From: Eledone cirrhosa
Lineage: Eukaryota
Direction of reading: 5' to 3'
DNA length: 64,000 nucleotides
NCBI GenBank assembly: GCA_964016885.1
Contig: OZ024760.1
Coordinates: 35,278,001-35,342,000 of the forward strand
The notes beneath the pieces are model-generated. The model had not been told where the DNA came from, searched no databases, and saw only the letters and a program-made list of their open reading frames with translations. The stretch's first letter is position 1; every line of letters begins with the position of its first letter. A program made the position numbers and the translations under genes. Positions 25,816-39,800 of this stretch are shown here, in pieces.

Positions 25816-28800
25816 GGAGGGTGCCATTACCCATTTGGGGAGAGTGCGATTACGTATGATAGGAGGGTGCCGTTACCTATGTTGGGAGGGTGTCATTACC
25901 TATGTTGGGAGAGTTCCGTTACCTATGTTGGAAGGGTGCCATTACCTATGTTGGGAGTGTGCCTTTACCTATGTTGGGAGATTGCCAATTACCTATGTTA
26001 GGAGGGTGCCGTTACCTATGTTAGGAGGGTGCCATTACCTATGTTGGAAGTGTTTGATTACCTACGTTAGGAGGGTGCCATTACCTATGTTGGGAGAGTG
26101 CCATTACATATATTATGAGGATGCCGTTACCTATGTTGGGAGGGTGCCGTTAACTATGTTGGGAGAGTGCCATTACCTATGTTGGGAGGGTTCCGTTACC
26201 TATGTTGGGAGAGTGCCATTACCTATGTTAGAAGGGTGCATTTACATATGTTAGGCGGGTTCTTTTACCTATGTTGGAAGGGTGCCGTTACCTATGTTAG
26301 GAGTGTACCGTTACCTATGTTGGAAGGGTGCCGTTACCTATGTTGTGAGAGTGCCAATACCTATGATAGGAGGTTGCCGTTACATATGTTAGGAGGGTTC
26401 CTTTACCTATGTTGGGAGGGTGCCGTTACCTATGTTGGGAGAGTACCGTTACCTATGTTGGGAGGGTGCCGTTATCTATGTTAGTAGGGTACCATTACCT
26501 ATGTTGGATGGGTGCCGTTACCTATGTTGTGAGAGTGCCAATACCTATGATAGGAGGTTGCCGTTACCTGTGTTGGGAGAGTGCCATTACCTATGTTAGG
26601 ACGGTGCCGTTACCTATGTTAGGAGGGTGCCATTACCTATGTTGGAAGGGTGCCATTACCTACGTTAGGAGGGTGCCATTACCTATGTTGGGAGAGTGCC
26701 ATTACTTATATAAGGAGGATGCCGTTACCTATGTTGGGAGGGTGCCGTTAACTATGTTGGGAGAGTGCCGTTACCTATGTTGGGAGGGTTCCGTTACCTA
26801 TGTTGGGAGAGTGCCATTACCTATGTTAGGAGGGTGCCGTTACCTATGTTGGGAGAGTGCCATTACCTATGTTAGAAGGGTTCATTTACCTATGTTAGGA
26901 GGGTGCCGTTACCTATGTTTGGAGGGTGCCGTTACCTATGTTAGTAGGGTGCCATTACCTATGTTGGAAGGGTAACGTTACCTATGTTGGGAGAGTGCCA
27001 TTACCTATGTTAGGAGGTTGCCGTTACATATGTTAGGAGGGTTCCTTTACCTATGTTGGGAGGGTGCCGTTACCTATGTTGGGAGAGTACCGTTACCTAT
27101 GTTGGGAGGGTGGCGTCACCTATGTTAGGAGGGTGCCGTTACCTATGTTGGGAGAGTGCAATTATCTATGTTAGCATGGTACCGTTTCCTATGTTGGGAG
27201 GGTGTATTACCTATGTTAGGAGGGTGCCATTACCTATGTTAGGAGGATATATTACTTATATTAGGAGGATGCCATTACCTATGTTAGGAGGGTCTATTAA
27301 CTATGTTAGGAGGGTGCCATTACCTATGTTAGGAGGATATATTACTTATATTAGGATGCCATTACCTATGTTAGGAGGGTGTATTACCTATGTTAGGAGG
27401 GTGCCATTACCTATGTTGGAAGGGTGCCGTTACCTATGTTAGGAGGGTGCCGTTACGTATGTTGGGAGGGTGCCGTTAACTATGTTGGGAGAGTGCCATT
27501 ACCTATGTTAGGAGGGTGCCGTTACCTATGTTAGGAGGGTTCCTTTACCTAAGTTGGAAGGGTGCCATTACCTATGTTGGGAGATAGCTGTTACCTACTT
27601 TGGGAGAGTGCCGTTACTTATGTTGGGAGGGTGCCGTTACCTATGTTGCGAGAGTGTCATTACCTGTGTTAGGAGGGTGCCATTACCTATGTTGGAAGGG
27701 TGCCGTTACCTCTGTTAGGAGGGTGCCGCTACATATGTTGGAAGGTTTCCGTTCCCTATGTTGGGAGAGTGTCATTACCTATGTTGGGAGGGTGCCGTTA
27801 CCTATGTTGGTAGGGTGCGTTACCTATGTTGGGTGAGTTCCGTTACCTATGTTGGGAGAGTGCCGTTACCTATGTTAGTACGGTGCCGTCACCTATGTTA
27901 GGAGGGTGCCGTTACCTATGTTGGGAGAGTGCCTTTATCTATGTTAGGAGGGTGCCGTTTCCTATGTTGGGAGAGTGCCATTACCTATGTTAGGAGGATG
28001 TATCACCTATGTTGGGAGAGTGCCATTCCCTATGTTGGGAGCGTGCCGTTACCTATGTTAGGAGGGTGCCATTACCTATGTTGGAAGGGTGCCATTACCT
28101 ACGTTAGGAGGGTGCCATTACCTATGTTGCGAGAGTGCCGTTACCTATCTTAGGAGGGTGCCGTTACCTATGTTGGGAGAGTACAATTACCTATGTTAGG
28201 TGGGTGCCGTTACCTATGTTAGGAGGGTGCCTTTACCAATGTTCGGAGGGTGCCATTACCCATTTTGGGAGAGTGCGATTACCTATGATAGGATGGTGCC
28301 ATTACCTATGTTGGGAGGGTGCCATTACCTATGTTGGGAGATTTCCGTTACCTATGTTGGAAGTGTGCCATTACCTATGTTGGGAGAGTGCCTTTACCTA
28401 TGTTGGGAGAGTGCCATTACCTATGTAGGGAGGGTGCTGTTACCTATGTTGGGAGAGTTCCGTTACCTATGTTGGAAGGGTGCCATTACCTATGTTGGGA
28501 GAGTGCCTTTACCTATGTTGGGAGAGTGCCATTACCTATGTAGGGAGGGTGCCGTTACCTATGTTAGGAGGGTACTGTTACCTATGTTGGGAGAGTGCCA
28601 TTACCTATGTTAGGAGGGTGCTGTTACCTATGTTAGGAGGGGGCCATTACCTATGTTGGAAGGGTGCGATTACCTACGTTAGGAGGGTGCCATTACCTAT
28701 ATTGGGAGAGTGCCATTACTTATATTAGGAGGATGCCGTTACCTATGTTGGGAGGGTTCCGTTACCAATGTTGGGAGAGTGCCATTACCTATGTTGGGAG

Positions 28801-30852
28801 GGTTCCGTTACCTATGTTGGGAGACTGCCATTACCTATGTTGGAAGGGCGCCGTTACCTATATTAGGAGTGTGCCGTTACCTATGTTTGGAGGGTGCCGT
28901 TACCTATGTTAGTAGGGTGCCATTACCTATGTTGTGAGATTCCATTACCTATGTTAGGAGGTTGCCGTTACATATGTTAGGAGGTTTCCTATACTTATGT
29001 TGGGAGGGTTCCGTTACCTATGTTGGGAGAGTGCCGTTACCTATGTTGGGAGGGTGCCGTTACCTACGTTTGGAGAGTACTATTAACTAAGTTGGGAGAA
29101 TGCCGTTACCTATCTTGGGAGGGTGTCATCACCTATGTTAGGATGGTGCCGTTACCTATGTTGGGAGAGTGCAATTATCTATGTTAGGGGGGTGCCGTTT
29201 CCTATGTTGGGAGGGTGCCATTACCTATGTTGGGAGGGTGCTGTTAACTATGTTGGGAGAGTGTGGTTACCTACGTTGGGAGGGTGCCGTTACCTATGTT
29301 GGGAGAGTGCCATTACCTATGTTGGGAGGGTGCCGTTACCTATGTTATGAGGGTGCCATTAACTATGTTGGAAGGGAGCCGTTACCTATGTTGGGAGGGT
29401 GCCGTTACCTATGTTGGGAGAGTGCCGTTACCTATGTTGGGAGGGTGCCGTTACCTATGTTGAGAGAGTGCCGTTACCTATGTTGGGAGAGAGCCATTAC
29501 CTATGTTAGGAAGGTGCCATTACCTATGTTAGGAGGGTGCCATTACCTATGTTGGAAGGGTGCCGTTACCTATGTTAGGAGGGTGCCGTTACCTATGTTG
29601 GAAGGTTTCTGTTGCCTATGTTGGGAGAGTGTCATTACCTATGTCGGGTGGGTGCCGTTACCTATATTGGTAGGGTGCGTTACCTATGTTGGGTGAGTGC
29701 CGTTACCTATGTTGGGAGAGTGCCGTTACCTATGTTAGGACGCTGACGTCACCTATGTTAGGAGGGTGCCGTTATCTATGTTGGAAAAGTGCCTTTATCT
29801 ATGTTAGGAGGGTGCCGTTTCCTATGTTGGGAGAGTGCCATTACCTATATTAGGAGGGTGTATTACCTATTTTGGGAGAGTGTCATTACCTATGTTGGGA
29901 GGGTACCGTTACCTATGTAGGGAGAGTGCCGTTACCTATGTTAGGACGGTGCCGTCACCTATGTTAGGAGTTTGACGTTACATGTTAGGAGGGTTCCTTT
30001 ACCTATGTTGGGAGGGTGCCGTTACCTATGTTGGGAGAGTGCCGTTACCTATGTTGGGAGGGTGCCGTTACCTACGTTTGGAGAGTACTATTAACTAAGT
30101 TGGGAGAATGCCGTTACCTATCTTGGGAGGGTGGCATCACCTATGTTAGGATGGTGCCGTTACCTATGTTGGGAGAGTGCAATTATCTATGTTAGGAGGG
30201 TGCCGTTTCCTATGTTGGGAGGGTGCCATTACCTATGTTAGGAGGGTGTATTACCTATGTTAGATGGGTGCCATTACCTATGTTGGAAGGGTGCCGTTAC
30301 CGATGTTAGGAGGGTGCCGTTACCTATATTGGGAGGGTGCCGTTAACTATGTTGGGAAAGTGCCATTACCTATGTTAGGAGGTTGCCGTTACCTATGTTA
30401 GGAGGGTTCCTTTACGTAAGTTGGAAGGGTGCCATTACCTATGTTGGAAGGGTGCCGTTACCTATGTTAGGAGGGTGCCACTATGTTGGAAGGGAGCCGT
30501 TACCTATGTTGGGAGAGAGCCATTACCTATGTTAGGAGGGTGCGTTACCTATGTTGGGAGAGTGCCATTACCTATGTTAGGAGGGTGCCGTTACCTATGT
30601 TGGGAGGGTGCCATTACCTATGTTGGGAGAGTGCCGTTACCTATGTTAGGAGGGTGTCGTTACCTATGTTGGGAGAGTGCCATTTCCTATGATAGGAGGG
30701 TGCCGTTACCTATGTTTGGAGGGTGCCATTACCTATGTTGGGAGAGTTCCGTTACCTATGTTGGAAGGGTGCCATTACCTATGTTGTGAGAGTGCTTTTA
30801 ACTATGTTGGGAGAGTGCCATTACCTATGTAGGGAGGGTGCCGTTACCTATG
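25816..30852 (+). repeat. Higher-order repeat copy C (partial, ~5.0 kb; extra monomer near 29230, 4-bp deletion near 30480)
   Basis: Offset from A is 10868 up to ~29200; offset from B then becomes 5480 and later 5476. Homology stops near 30852. Confidence 0.9.
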
Positions 30853-33800
30853 TTAGGAGGGTGCCATTAACTATGTTGGAAGGGAGCCGTTACCTATGTT
30901 GGGAGGGTGCCGTTACCTATGTTGGGAGAGTGCCGTTACCTATGTTGGGAGGGTGCCGTTACCTATGTTGGGAGAGTGCCGTTACCTATGTTGGGAGAGA
31001 GCCATTACCTATGTTAGGAAGGTGCCATTACCTATATTAGGAGGGTGCCATTACCTATGTTGGAAGGGTGCCGTTACCTATGTTAGGAGGGTGCCGTTAC
31101 CTATGTTGGAAGGTTTCTATTGCCTATGTTGGGAGAGTGTCATTACCTATGTTGGGTGAGGTGCCGTTACCTATATTGGTAGGGTGCGTTACCTATGTTG
31201 TGTGAGTGCCGTTACTTATGTTGGGACGCTGACGTCACCTATGTTAGGAGGGTGCCGTTATCTATGTTGGAAAAGTGCCTTTATCTATGTTAGGAGGGTG
31301 CCGTTTCCTATGTTGGGAGAGTGCCATTACCTATATTAGGAGGGTGTATTACCTATGTTGGGAGAGTGCCATTCCCTATGTTGGGAGAGTGCCGTTCCCT
31401 ATGTTAGGAGGGTGCCGTTACCTATGTTGGGAGAGTGCCATTACCTATGTTAGGTGGGTGCCGTTACCTATGTTAGGAGGGTGCCATTACCTATGTTAGG
31501 AGGGTGCCATTACTCATTTTGGGAGAGTGCCATTACCTATGATAGGAGCGTGCCGTTACCTATGTGGGGAGGGTGCCATTACCTATGTTGGGAGAGTGCC
31601 GTTACCTATGTTAGGAGGGTGCCGTAACCTATGTTAGGAGGGTGTTATTACCCATTTTGGGAGAGTGCCATTACCTATGATAGGAGGGTGCCGTTAACTA
31701 TGTTGGGAGGGTGCCATTAACTATACTGGGAGAGTTCCGTTACCTATGTTGGGAGGGTGCCGTTACCAATCTTAGGAGGGTGTCGTTACCTATGTTGGGA
31801 GAGTGCCATTACCTATATTAGGTGGGTGCCTTTATCTATGTTAGGAGGGTGCCATTACCCATTTTGGGAGAGTGCCATTACCTATGATAGGAGGGTGCCG
31901 TTACCTATGTTGGGAGGGTGCCATTAACTATACTGGGAGAGTTCCGTTACCTATGTTGGAAGGGTGCCATTACCTACGTTGGGAACGTGCCTTTACCTAT
32001 GTTGGGAGTGTGCCCTTATCTATGTAGGGAGAGTGCCATTACCTATGTTGCAAGGGTGCCATTACCTACGTTAGGAGGGTGCCATTACCTATGTTGGGAG
32101 AGTGCCGTTACCAATCTTAGGAGGGTGTCGTTACCTATGTTGGGAGAGTGCCATTACCTATGTTAGGTGGGTGCCTTTATCTATGTTAGGAGGGTGCCAT
32201 TACCCATTTTGGGAGAGTGCGATTACCTATGATAGGAGGGTGCCGTTACCTATGTTGGGAGGGTTCCATTACCTATGTTGCGAGAGTTCCGTTACCTATG
32301 TTAGAAGGGTGCCATTACCTATGTTGGGAGAGTGCCTTTACCTATGTTGGGAGAGTGCCATTACCTATGTTAGGAGCGTGCCGTATCCTATGTTAGAAGG
32401 GTGCATTTACCTATGTTAGGAGGGTTCCTTTACCTATGTTGGAAGGGTACCATTAACTATGTTGGAAGGGTGCCGTTACCTAGGTTGGGAGATTGCTGTT
32501 ACCTACGTTGGGAGGGTGCCGTTACCTATGTTGGGAGAGTGCCGTTACCTATGTTGGGAGGGTGCCGTTACCTATGTTGCGAGAGTGTCATTACCTTGTT
32601 GGGAGGGTGCCGTTACCTATGTTGGGAGAGAGCCATTACCTATGTTAGGAGGGTGCCGTTACCTCTGTTAGGAGGGTGCCGTTACCTATGTTGGAAGGTT
32701 TCCGTTCCCTATGTTGGGAGAGTGTCATTACCTATGTTGGGAGGGTGCCGTTACCTATGTTGGTAGGGTGCGTTACCTATGTTGGGTGAGTGCCGTTACC
32801 TATGTTGGGAGAGTGCCGTTACCTATGTTAGTACGGTCCGTCACCTATGTTAGGAGGGTGCCGTTACCTATGTTGGGAGAGTGCCTTTATCTATGTTAGG
32901 AGGGTGCCGTTTCCTATGTTGGGAGAGTGCCATTCCCTATGTTGGGAGCGTGCCGGTACCTATGTTAGGAGGGTGCCATTATCTATGTTCGAAGGGTGCT
33001 ATTACCTACGTTAGGAGGGTGCCATTACCTATGTTGCGAGAGTGCCGTTACCTATGTTAGGTGGGTGCCGTTACCTATGTTAGGAGGGTGCCTTTACCTA
33101 TGTTAGGAGGGTGCCATTACCCATTTTGGGAGCGTGCCATTACCTATGATAGGAGCGTGCCGTTACCTATGTTGGGAGGGTGTCATTACCTATGTTGGGA
33201 GAATGCCGTTACCTATGTTAGGAGGGTGCCGTTACCTATGTTGGGAGAGTGCCATTACCTATGTTAGGTGGGTGCCGTTACCTATGTTAGGAGGGTGCCT
33301 TTACCTATGTTAGGAGGGTGTTATTACCCATTTTGGGAGAGTGCCATTACCTATGATAGGAGGGTGCCGTTACCTATGTTGGGAGGGTGCCATTAACTAT
33401 ACTGGGAGAGTTCCGTTACCTATGTTGGAAGGGTGCCATTACCTATGTTGGGAGCGTGCTTTTACCTATGTTGGGAGTGTGCCCTTATCTATGTTGGGAG
33501 GGTGCCGTTACCTATGTCGCGACAGTGCCATTACCTATGTTAGAAGGGTGCATTTACCTATGTTAGGAGTGTGCCATTACCTATGTTGCAAGGGTGCCAT
33601 TACTTATGTAGGGAGGGTGCCGTTACCTATGTTAGGAGGGTGCCGTTACCTATGTTGGGAGAGTGCCATTACCTATGTTAGGAGGGTGCCGTTACCTATG
33701 TTAGGAGTGTGCCATTACCTATGTTGCAAGGGTGCCATTACCTACGTTAGGAGGGTGCCATTACCTATGTTAGGAGGTTGGCATTACCCATTTTCGGAGC

Positions 33801-36800
33801 GTGCGATTACCTATGATAGGAGGGTGCCGTTACCTATGTTGGGAGGGTGCCATTACCTCTGTTGGGAGAGTTCCGTTACCTATGTTGGAAGGGTGCCATT
33901 ACCTATGTTGGGAGAGTGCCGTTACCTATGTTGGGAGAGTGCCATTACCTATGTTAGGAGGGTGCCGTTACCTATGTCGCGACAGTGCCATTACCTATGT
34001 TAGAAGGGTGCATTTACCTATGTTAGGAGGGTTCCTTTACCTATGTTGGAAGGGTGCCGTTACCTATGTTAGGAGTGTGCCGTTACCTATGTTTGGAGGG
34101 TGCCGTTACCTATGTTAGTAGGGTACCATTACCTATGTTGGAAGGGTGCCGTTACCTATGTTGTGAGAGTGCCAATACCTATGATAGGAGGTTGCCGTTA
34201 CATATGTTAGGAGGGTTCCTTTACCTATGTTGGGAGGGTGCCGTAACCTATGTTGGGAGAGTGCCGTTACCTATGTTGGGAGAGTGCCGTTACCTACGTT
34301 TGGAGAGTACTATTATCTAAGTTGGGAGAATGCCGTTATCTATGTTTGGAGGGTGCCGTTACCTATGTTAGGAGTGTGCCGTTACCTATGTTTGGAGGGT
34401 GCCGTTACCTATGTTAGTAGGGTACCATTACCTATGTTGGAAGGGTGCCGTTACCTATGTTGTGAGAGTGCCAATACCTATGATAGGAGGTTGCCGTTAC
34501 CTATGTTGGGAGAGTGACATTACCTATGTTAGGACGGTGCCGTTACCTATGTTAGGAGGGTGCTATTACCTATGTTGGAAGGTGCCATTACCTACGTTAG
34601 GAGGGTGCCATTACCTATGTTGGGAGAGTGCCATTACTTATATTAGGAGGAAGCCGTTACCTATGTTGGGAGGGTGCCGTTAACTATGTTGGGAGAGTGC
34701 CGTTACCTATGTTGGGAGGGTTCCGTTACCTATGTTGGGAGAGTGCCATTACCTATGTTAGGAGGGTGCCGTTACCTATGTTGGGAGAGTGCCATTACCT
34801 ATGTTAGAAGGGTTCATTTACCTATGTTAGGAGGGTGTCGTTACCTATGTTTGGAGGGTGCCGTTACCTATGTTAGTAGGGTGCCATTACCTATGTTGGA
34901 AGGGTAACGTTACCTATATTGGGAGAGTGCCATTACCTATGTTAGGAGGTTGCCGTTACATACGTTAGGAGGGTTCCTTTACCTATGCTGGGAGGGTGCC
35001 GTTACCTATGTTGGGAGAGTACCGTTACCTATGTTGGGAGGGTGCCGTTACCTACGTTTGGAGAGTCCTATTATCTAAGTTGGGAGAATGCCGTTACCTA
35101 TGTTGGGAGGGTGGCGTCACCTATGTTAGGAGGGTGCCGTTACCTATGTTGGGAGAGTGCAATTATCTATGTTAGCAGGGTGCTGTTTCCTATGTTGGGA
35201 GAGTGCCATTACTTATATTAGGAGGATGCCATTACCTATGTTAGGAGGGTGTATTACCTATGTTAGGAGGGTGCCATTACCTATGTTAGGAGGATATATT
35301 ACTTATATTAGGAGGATGCCATTACCCATGTTAGGAGGATGTATTACCTATGTTAGGAGGGTGCCATTATCTATGTTGGAAGGGTGCCGTTACCTATGTT
35401 AGTACGGTGCCGTCACCTATGTTAGGAGGGTGCCGTTACCTATGTTGGGAGAGTGCCTTTATCTATGTTAGGAGGGTGCCGTTTCCTATGTTGGGAGCGT
35501 GCCGGTACCTATGTTAGGAGGGTGCCATTACCTATGTTGGAAGGGTGCCATTACCTACGTTAGGAGGGTGCCATTACCTATGTTGCGAGAGTGCCGTTAC
35601 CTATCTTAGGAGGGTGTCGTTACCTATGTTGGGAGAGTGCCATTACCTATGTTAGGTGGGTGCCGTTACCTATGTTAGGAGGGTGCCTTTACCAATGTTA
35701 GGAGGGTGCAATTACCCATTTTGGGAGAGTGCGATTACCTATGATAGGATGGTGCCGTTACCTATGTTGGAAGGGTGCCATTACCTATGTTGGGAGAGTG
35801 CCTTTACCTATGTTGGGAGAGTGCCATTACCTATGTAGGGAGGGTGCCGTTAGCTATGTTGGGAGAGTTCCGTTACCTATGTTGGAAGGGTGCCATTACC
35901 TATGTTGGGAGAGTGCCTTTACCTATGTTGGGAGAGTGTCGTTACCTATGTAGGGAGGGTGCCGTTACCTATGTTAGGAGGGTACTGTTACCTATGTTGG
36001 GAGAGTGCCATTACCTATGTTAGGAGGGTGCCGTTACCTATGTTAGGAGGGGGCCATTACCTATGTTGGAAGGGTGCGATTACCTACGTTAGGAGGGTGC
36101 CATTACCTATGTTGGGAGAGTGTCATTACTTATATTAGGAGGATGCCGTTACCTATGTTGGGAGGGTTCCGTTACCTATGTTGGGAGAGTGCCGTTACCT
36201 ATGTTTGGAGGGTGCCGTTACCTATGTTAGTAGGGTGCCATTACCTATGTTGGAAGGGTGCCGTTACCTATGTTGTGAGATTCCATTACCTATGTTAGGA
36301 GGTTGCCGTTACATAGGTTAGGAGGTTCCTTTACCTATGTTGGGAGGTTTCCGTTATCTATGTTGGGAGAGTGCCGTTACCTATGTTTGGAGGGTGCCGT
36401 TACCTACGTTTAGAGAGTACTATTAACTAAGTTGGGAGAATGCCGTTACCTATCTTGGCAGGGTGGCATCATCTATGTTAGGATGGTGCCGTTACCTATG
36501 TTGGGAGAGTGCAATTATCTATGTTAGGGGGGTGCCGTTTCCTATGTTGGGAGAGTGCTATTACCTATGTTAGGAGGGTGCCGTTACCTATGTTGGGAGA
36601 GTCCCATTACCTATCTTAGAAGGGTGCATTTACCTATGTTAGGAGGGTGCCGTTACCTATGTTGGGAGAGTGCCATTACCTATGTTAGGAGGGTATCATT
36701 ACCTATATTAGGAGAGTGCCGTTACCTATGTTGGGGAGGTACCGTTGCCTATGTTGGGTGGGTGTCTTTACCTATGTTGGGAGAGTGCCATTACCTATGC

Positions 36801-39800
36801 TAGGAGGGTGCCGTTACCTATGTTGGGAGGGTGTCTTTACCTATGTTGGAAGAGTGCCATTACCTGTGTTAGGAGGGTGCCGTTACCTATGTTAGGAAGG
36901 TGCCATTACCTATGTTGGAAGGGTGCCATTACCTATGTTAGTAGGGTGCCATTACCTATGTTGGGAGAGTGCCATTACCTATGTTAGGAGGGTGTATTAC
37001 CTATGTTAGATGGGTGCCATTACCTATGTTGGAAGGGTGCCGTTACCTATGTTAGGAGGGTGCCGTTACCTATGTTGGGAGGGTGCCGTTAACTATGTTG
37101 GGAAAGTGCCATTACCTATGTTAGGAGGTTGACGTTACCTATGTTAGGAGGGTTCCTTTACCTAAGTTGGAAGGGTGCCATTACCTATGTTGGGAGGGTT
37201 CCTTTACCTATGTTGGGAGAGTGCCATTACCTATGTTAGGAGGGTGCCGTTACCTATGTTGGGAGGGTGCCATTACCTATGTTGGGAGAGTGCCGTTACC
37301 TATGTTAGGAGGGTGTCGTTACCTATGTTGAGAGAGTGCCATTACCTATGTTAGGAGGGTGCCCTTACCTATGTTAGGAGGGTGCCATTACCTTTGTTGG
37401 AAGGGTGCCATTACCTACGTTAGGAGGGTGTCATTACCTATGTTGGGAGAGTGCCTTTACTTATATTAGGAGGATGCCGTTTCCTATGTTGGGAGGGGGC
37501 TGTTAACTATGTTGGGAGAGTGCCGTTACCTATGTTGGGAGGGTGCCGATACCTATGTTGGGCGAGTGTCATTACCTACGTTAGGAGGGTGCCGTTACCT
37601 ATGTTGGGAGAGTGACATTACCTATGTTAGAAGGGTGCATTTCCCTATGTTGGGAGAGTGCCGTTACCTATCTTAGGAGGGTGTCGTTACCTATGTTGGG
37701 AGGGTGCCGTTACCTATGTAGGGAGAGTGACATTACCTATGTCAGGAGGGTGCCGTTACCTATGTTAGGAGGGTGCCATTACCTATGTTGGAAGGGTGCC
37801 ATTACCCATTTTGGGAGAGTTCCATTACCTATGATAGGAGGGTGCGGCTACCTATGTTGGGAGGGTACCATTACCTATGTTGGGAGAGTTCCGTTACCTA
37901 TGTTGGAAGGGTGCCATTACCTATGTAGGGAGGGTGCCGTTACCTATTTTAGGAGGGTGCCGTTACCTATGTTGGGAGAGTGACATTACCCATGTTAGGA
38001 GGGTGCCGTTACCTATGTTAGGAGGGTGCCATTACCTATGTTGGAAAGGTGCCATTACCTACGTTAGGAGGGTACCATTACCTATGTTGGGAGAGTGCCA
38101 TCACTTATGTTAGGAGGATGCCGTTACCTATGTTGGGAGGGTGCCGTTAACTATGTTGGGAGAGTGCCGTTACCTATGTTGGGAGAGTGCCATTACCTAT
38201 GTTGTGAGATTACCTATGTTAGAAGGTTGCAGTGACCTATGTTAGGAGGGTGCCTTTACCTATGTTGGTAGGGTGCCGTTACCTATGTTAGGAGTGTGCC
38301 GTTACCTATGTTTGGAGGGTGCCGTTACCTATGTTAGTAGGGTGCCATTACCTATGTTGGAAGGGTGCCGTTACCTATGTTGGGAGAGTGCCATTACCTA
38401 TGTTAGGAGGTTGCCGTTACATATGTTAGAAGGGTTCCTTTACCTATGTTGGGAGGGTGCCGTTACCTATGTTGGGAGAGTGCCGTTACCTATGTTGGGA
38501 GGGTGCCGTTACCTACGTTTGGAGAGTACTATTATCTATGTTAGGAGGGTGCCGTTACCTATGTTGGAAGGGTCCCGTTACCTATGTTGGGAGGGTGCCG
38601 TAACCTATGTTAGGAGGGTGCAATTACCTATGTTGGGAGGGTGCCGTTAACTATGTTGGGAGAGTGCCGTTACCTATGTTAGGAGGGTGCCGTTACCTAA
38701 GTTTGGAGAGTACTATTACCTGTGTTGTGAGGGTGCCGTTACCTATGTTGGAAGGGTCCCGTTACCTATGTTGGGAGGGTGCCGTAACCTATGTTAGGAG
38801 GGTGCCGTTACATATGTTAGGAGGGTGCCATTACCTATGTTGGAAGGGTGCCATTTCCTATGTTAGGAGGGTGCCATTGCGTATGTTGGGAGAGTGCCGT
38901 TACCTATGTTTGGAGGGTGCCGTTACCTATGTTAGTAGGGGGCCATTACCTATGTTGGAAGGGTGCCGTTATCTATGTTGTGAGCGTGCCAATACCTATG
39001 ATAGGAGGTTGCCGTTACATATGTTAGTAGGGTTCCTTTACCTATGTTGGGAGGGTGCCGTTACCTATGTTGGGAGAGTGCCGTTATCTATGTTGGGAGG
39101 GTGCCTTTACCTACGTTTGGAGAGTACTATTATCTTAGTTGGGTGTTACCTATGTTGGGAGTTACCTATGCCGTTACCTATGTTGGGAGAGTGCCGTTAC
39201 CTATCTTATGAGGGTGGCGTCACCTATGTTAGGAGGGTGCCGTTACCTATGTTGGTAGGGTGCGTTGCCTATTTTGGGTGAGTGCCGTTACCTATGTTGG
39301 GAGAGTGCCATTCCCTATGTTGGGAGCGTGCCGGTACCTATGTTAGGAGGGTGCCATTACCTATGTTGGAAGGGTGCCGTTACCTATGTTGGGAGGGTTC
39401 CGTTACCTATGTTGGGCGAGTGCCATTACCTATGTTAGGAGGGTGCCGTTACCTGTGTTGTGAGGGTGCCATTACCTATGTTGGGAGGGTGTCGTTACCT
39501 ATGTTGGGAGAGTGCCATTACCTATGTTAGGAGGGTGCCGTTACCTATGTTAGGAGGGTGCCATTACCTTTGTTGGAAGGTTGCCATTACCTACGTTAGG
39601 AGGATGCCGTTTCCTATGTTGGGAGGGGGCCGTTAACTATGTTGGGAGAGTGCCATTACCTATGTAGGGGGGTGCCGTTACCTATGTTGGGAGAGTTCTG
39701 TTACCTATGTTGGAAGGGTGCCATTACCTATGTTGGGAGAGTGCCATTACCTATGTAGGGAGGGTGCCGTTACCTACGTTAGGAGGGTACTGTTACCTAT

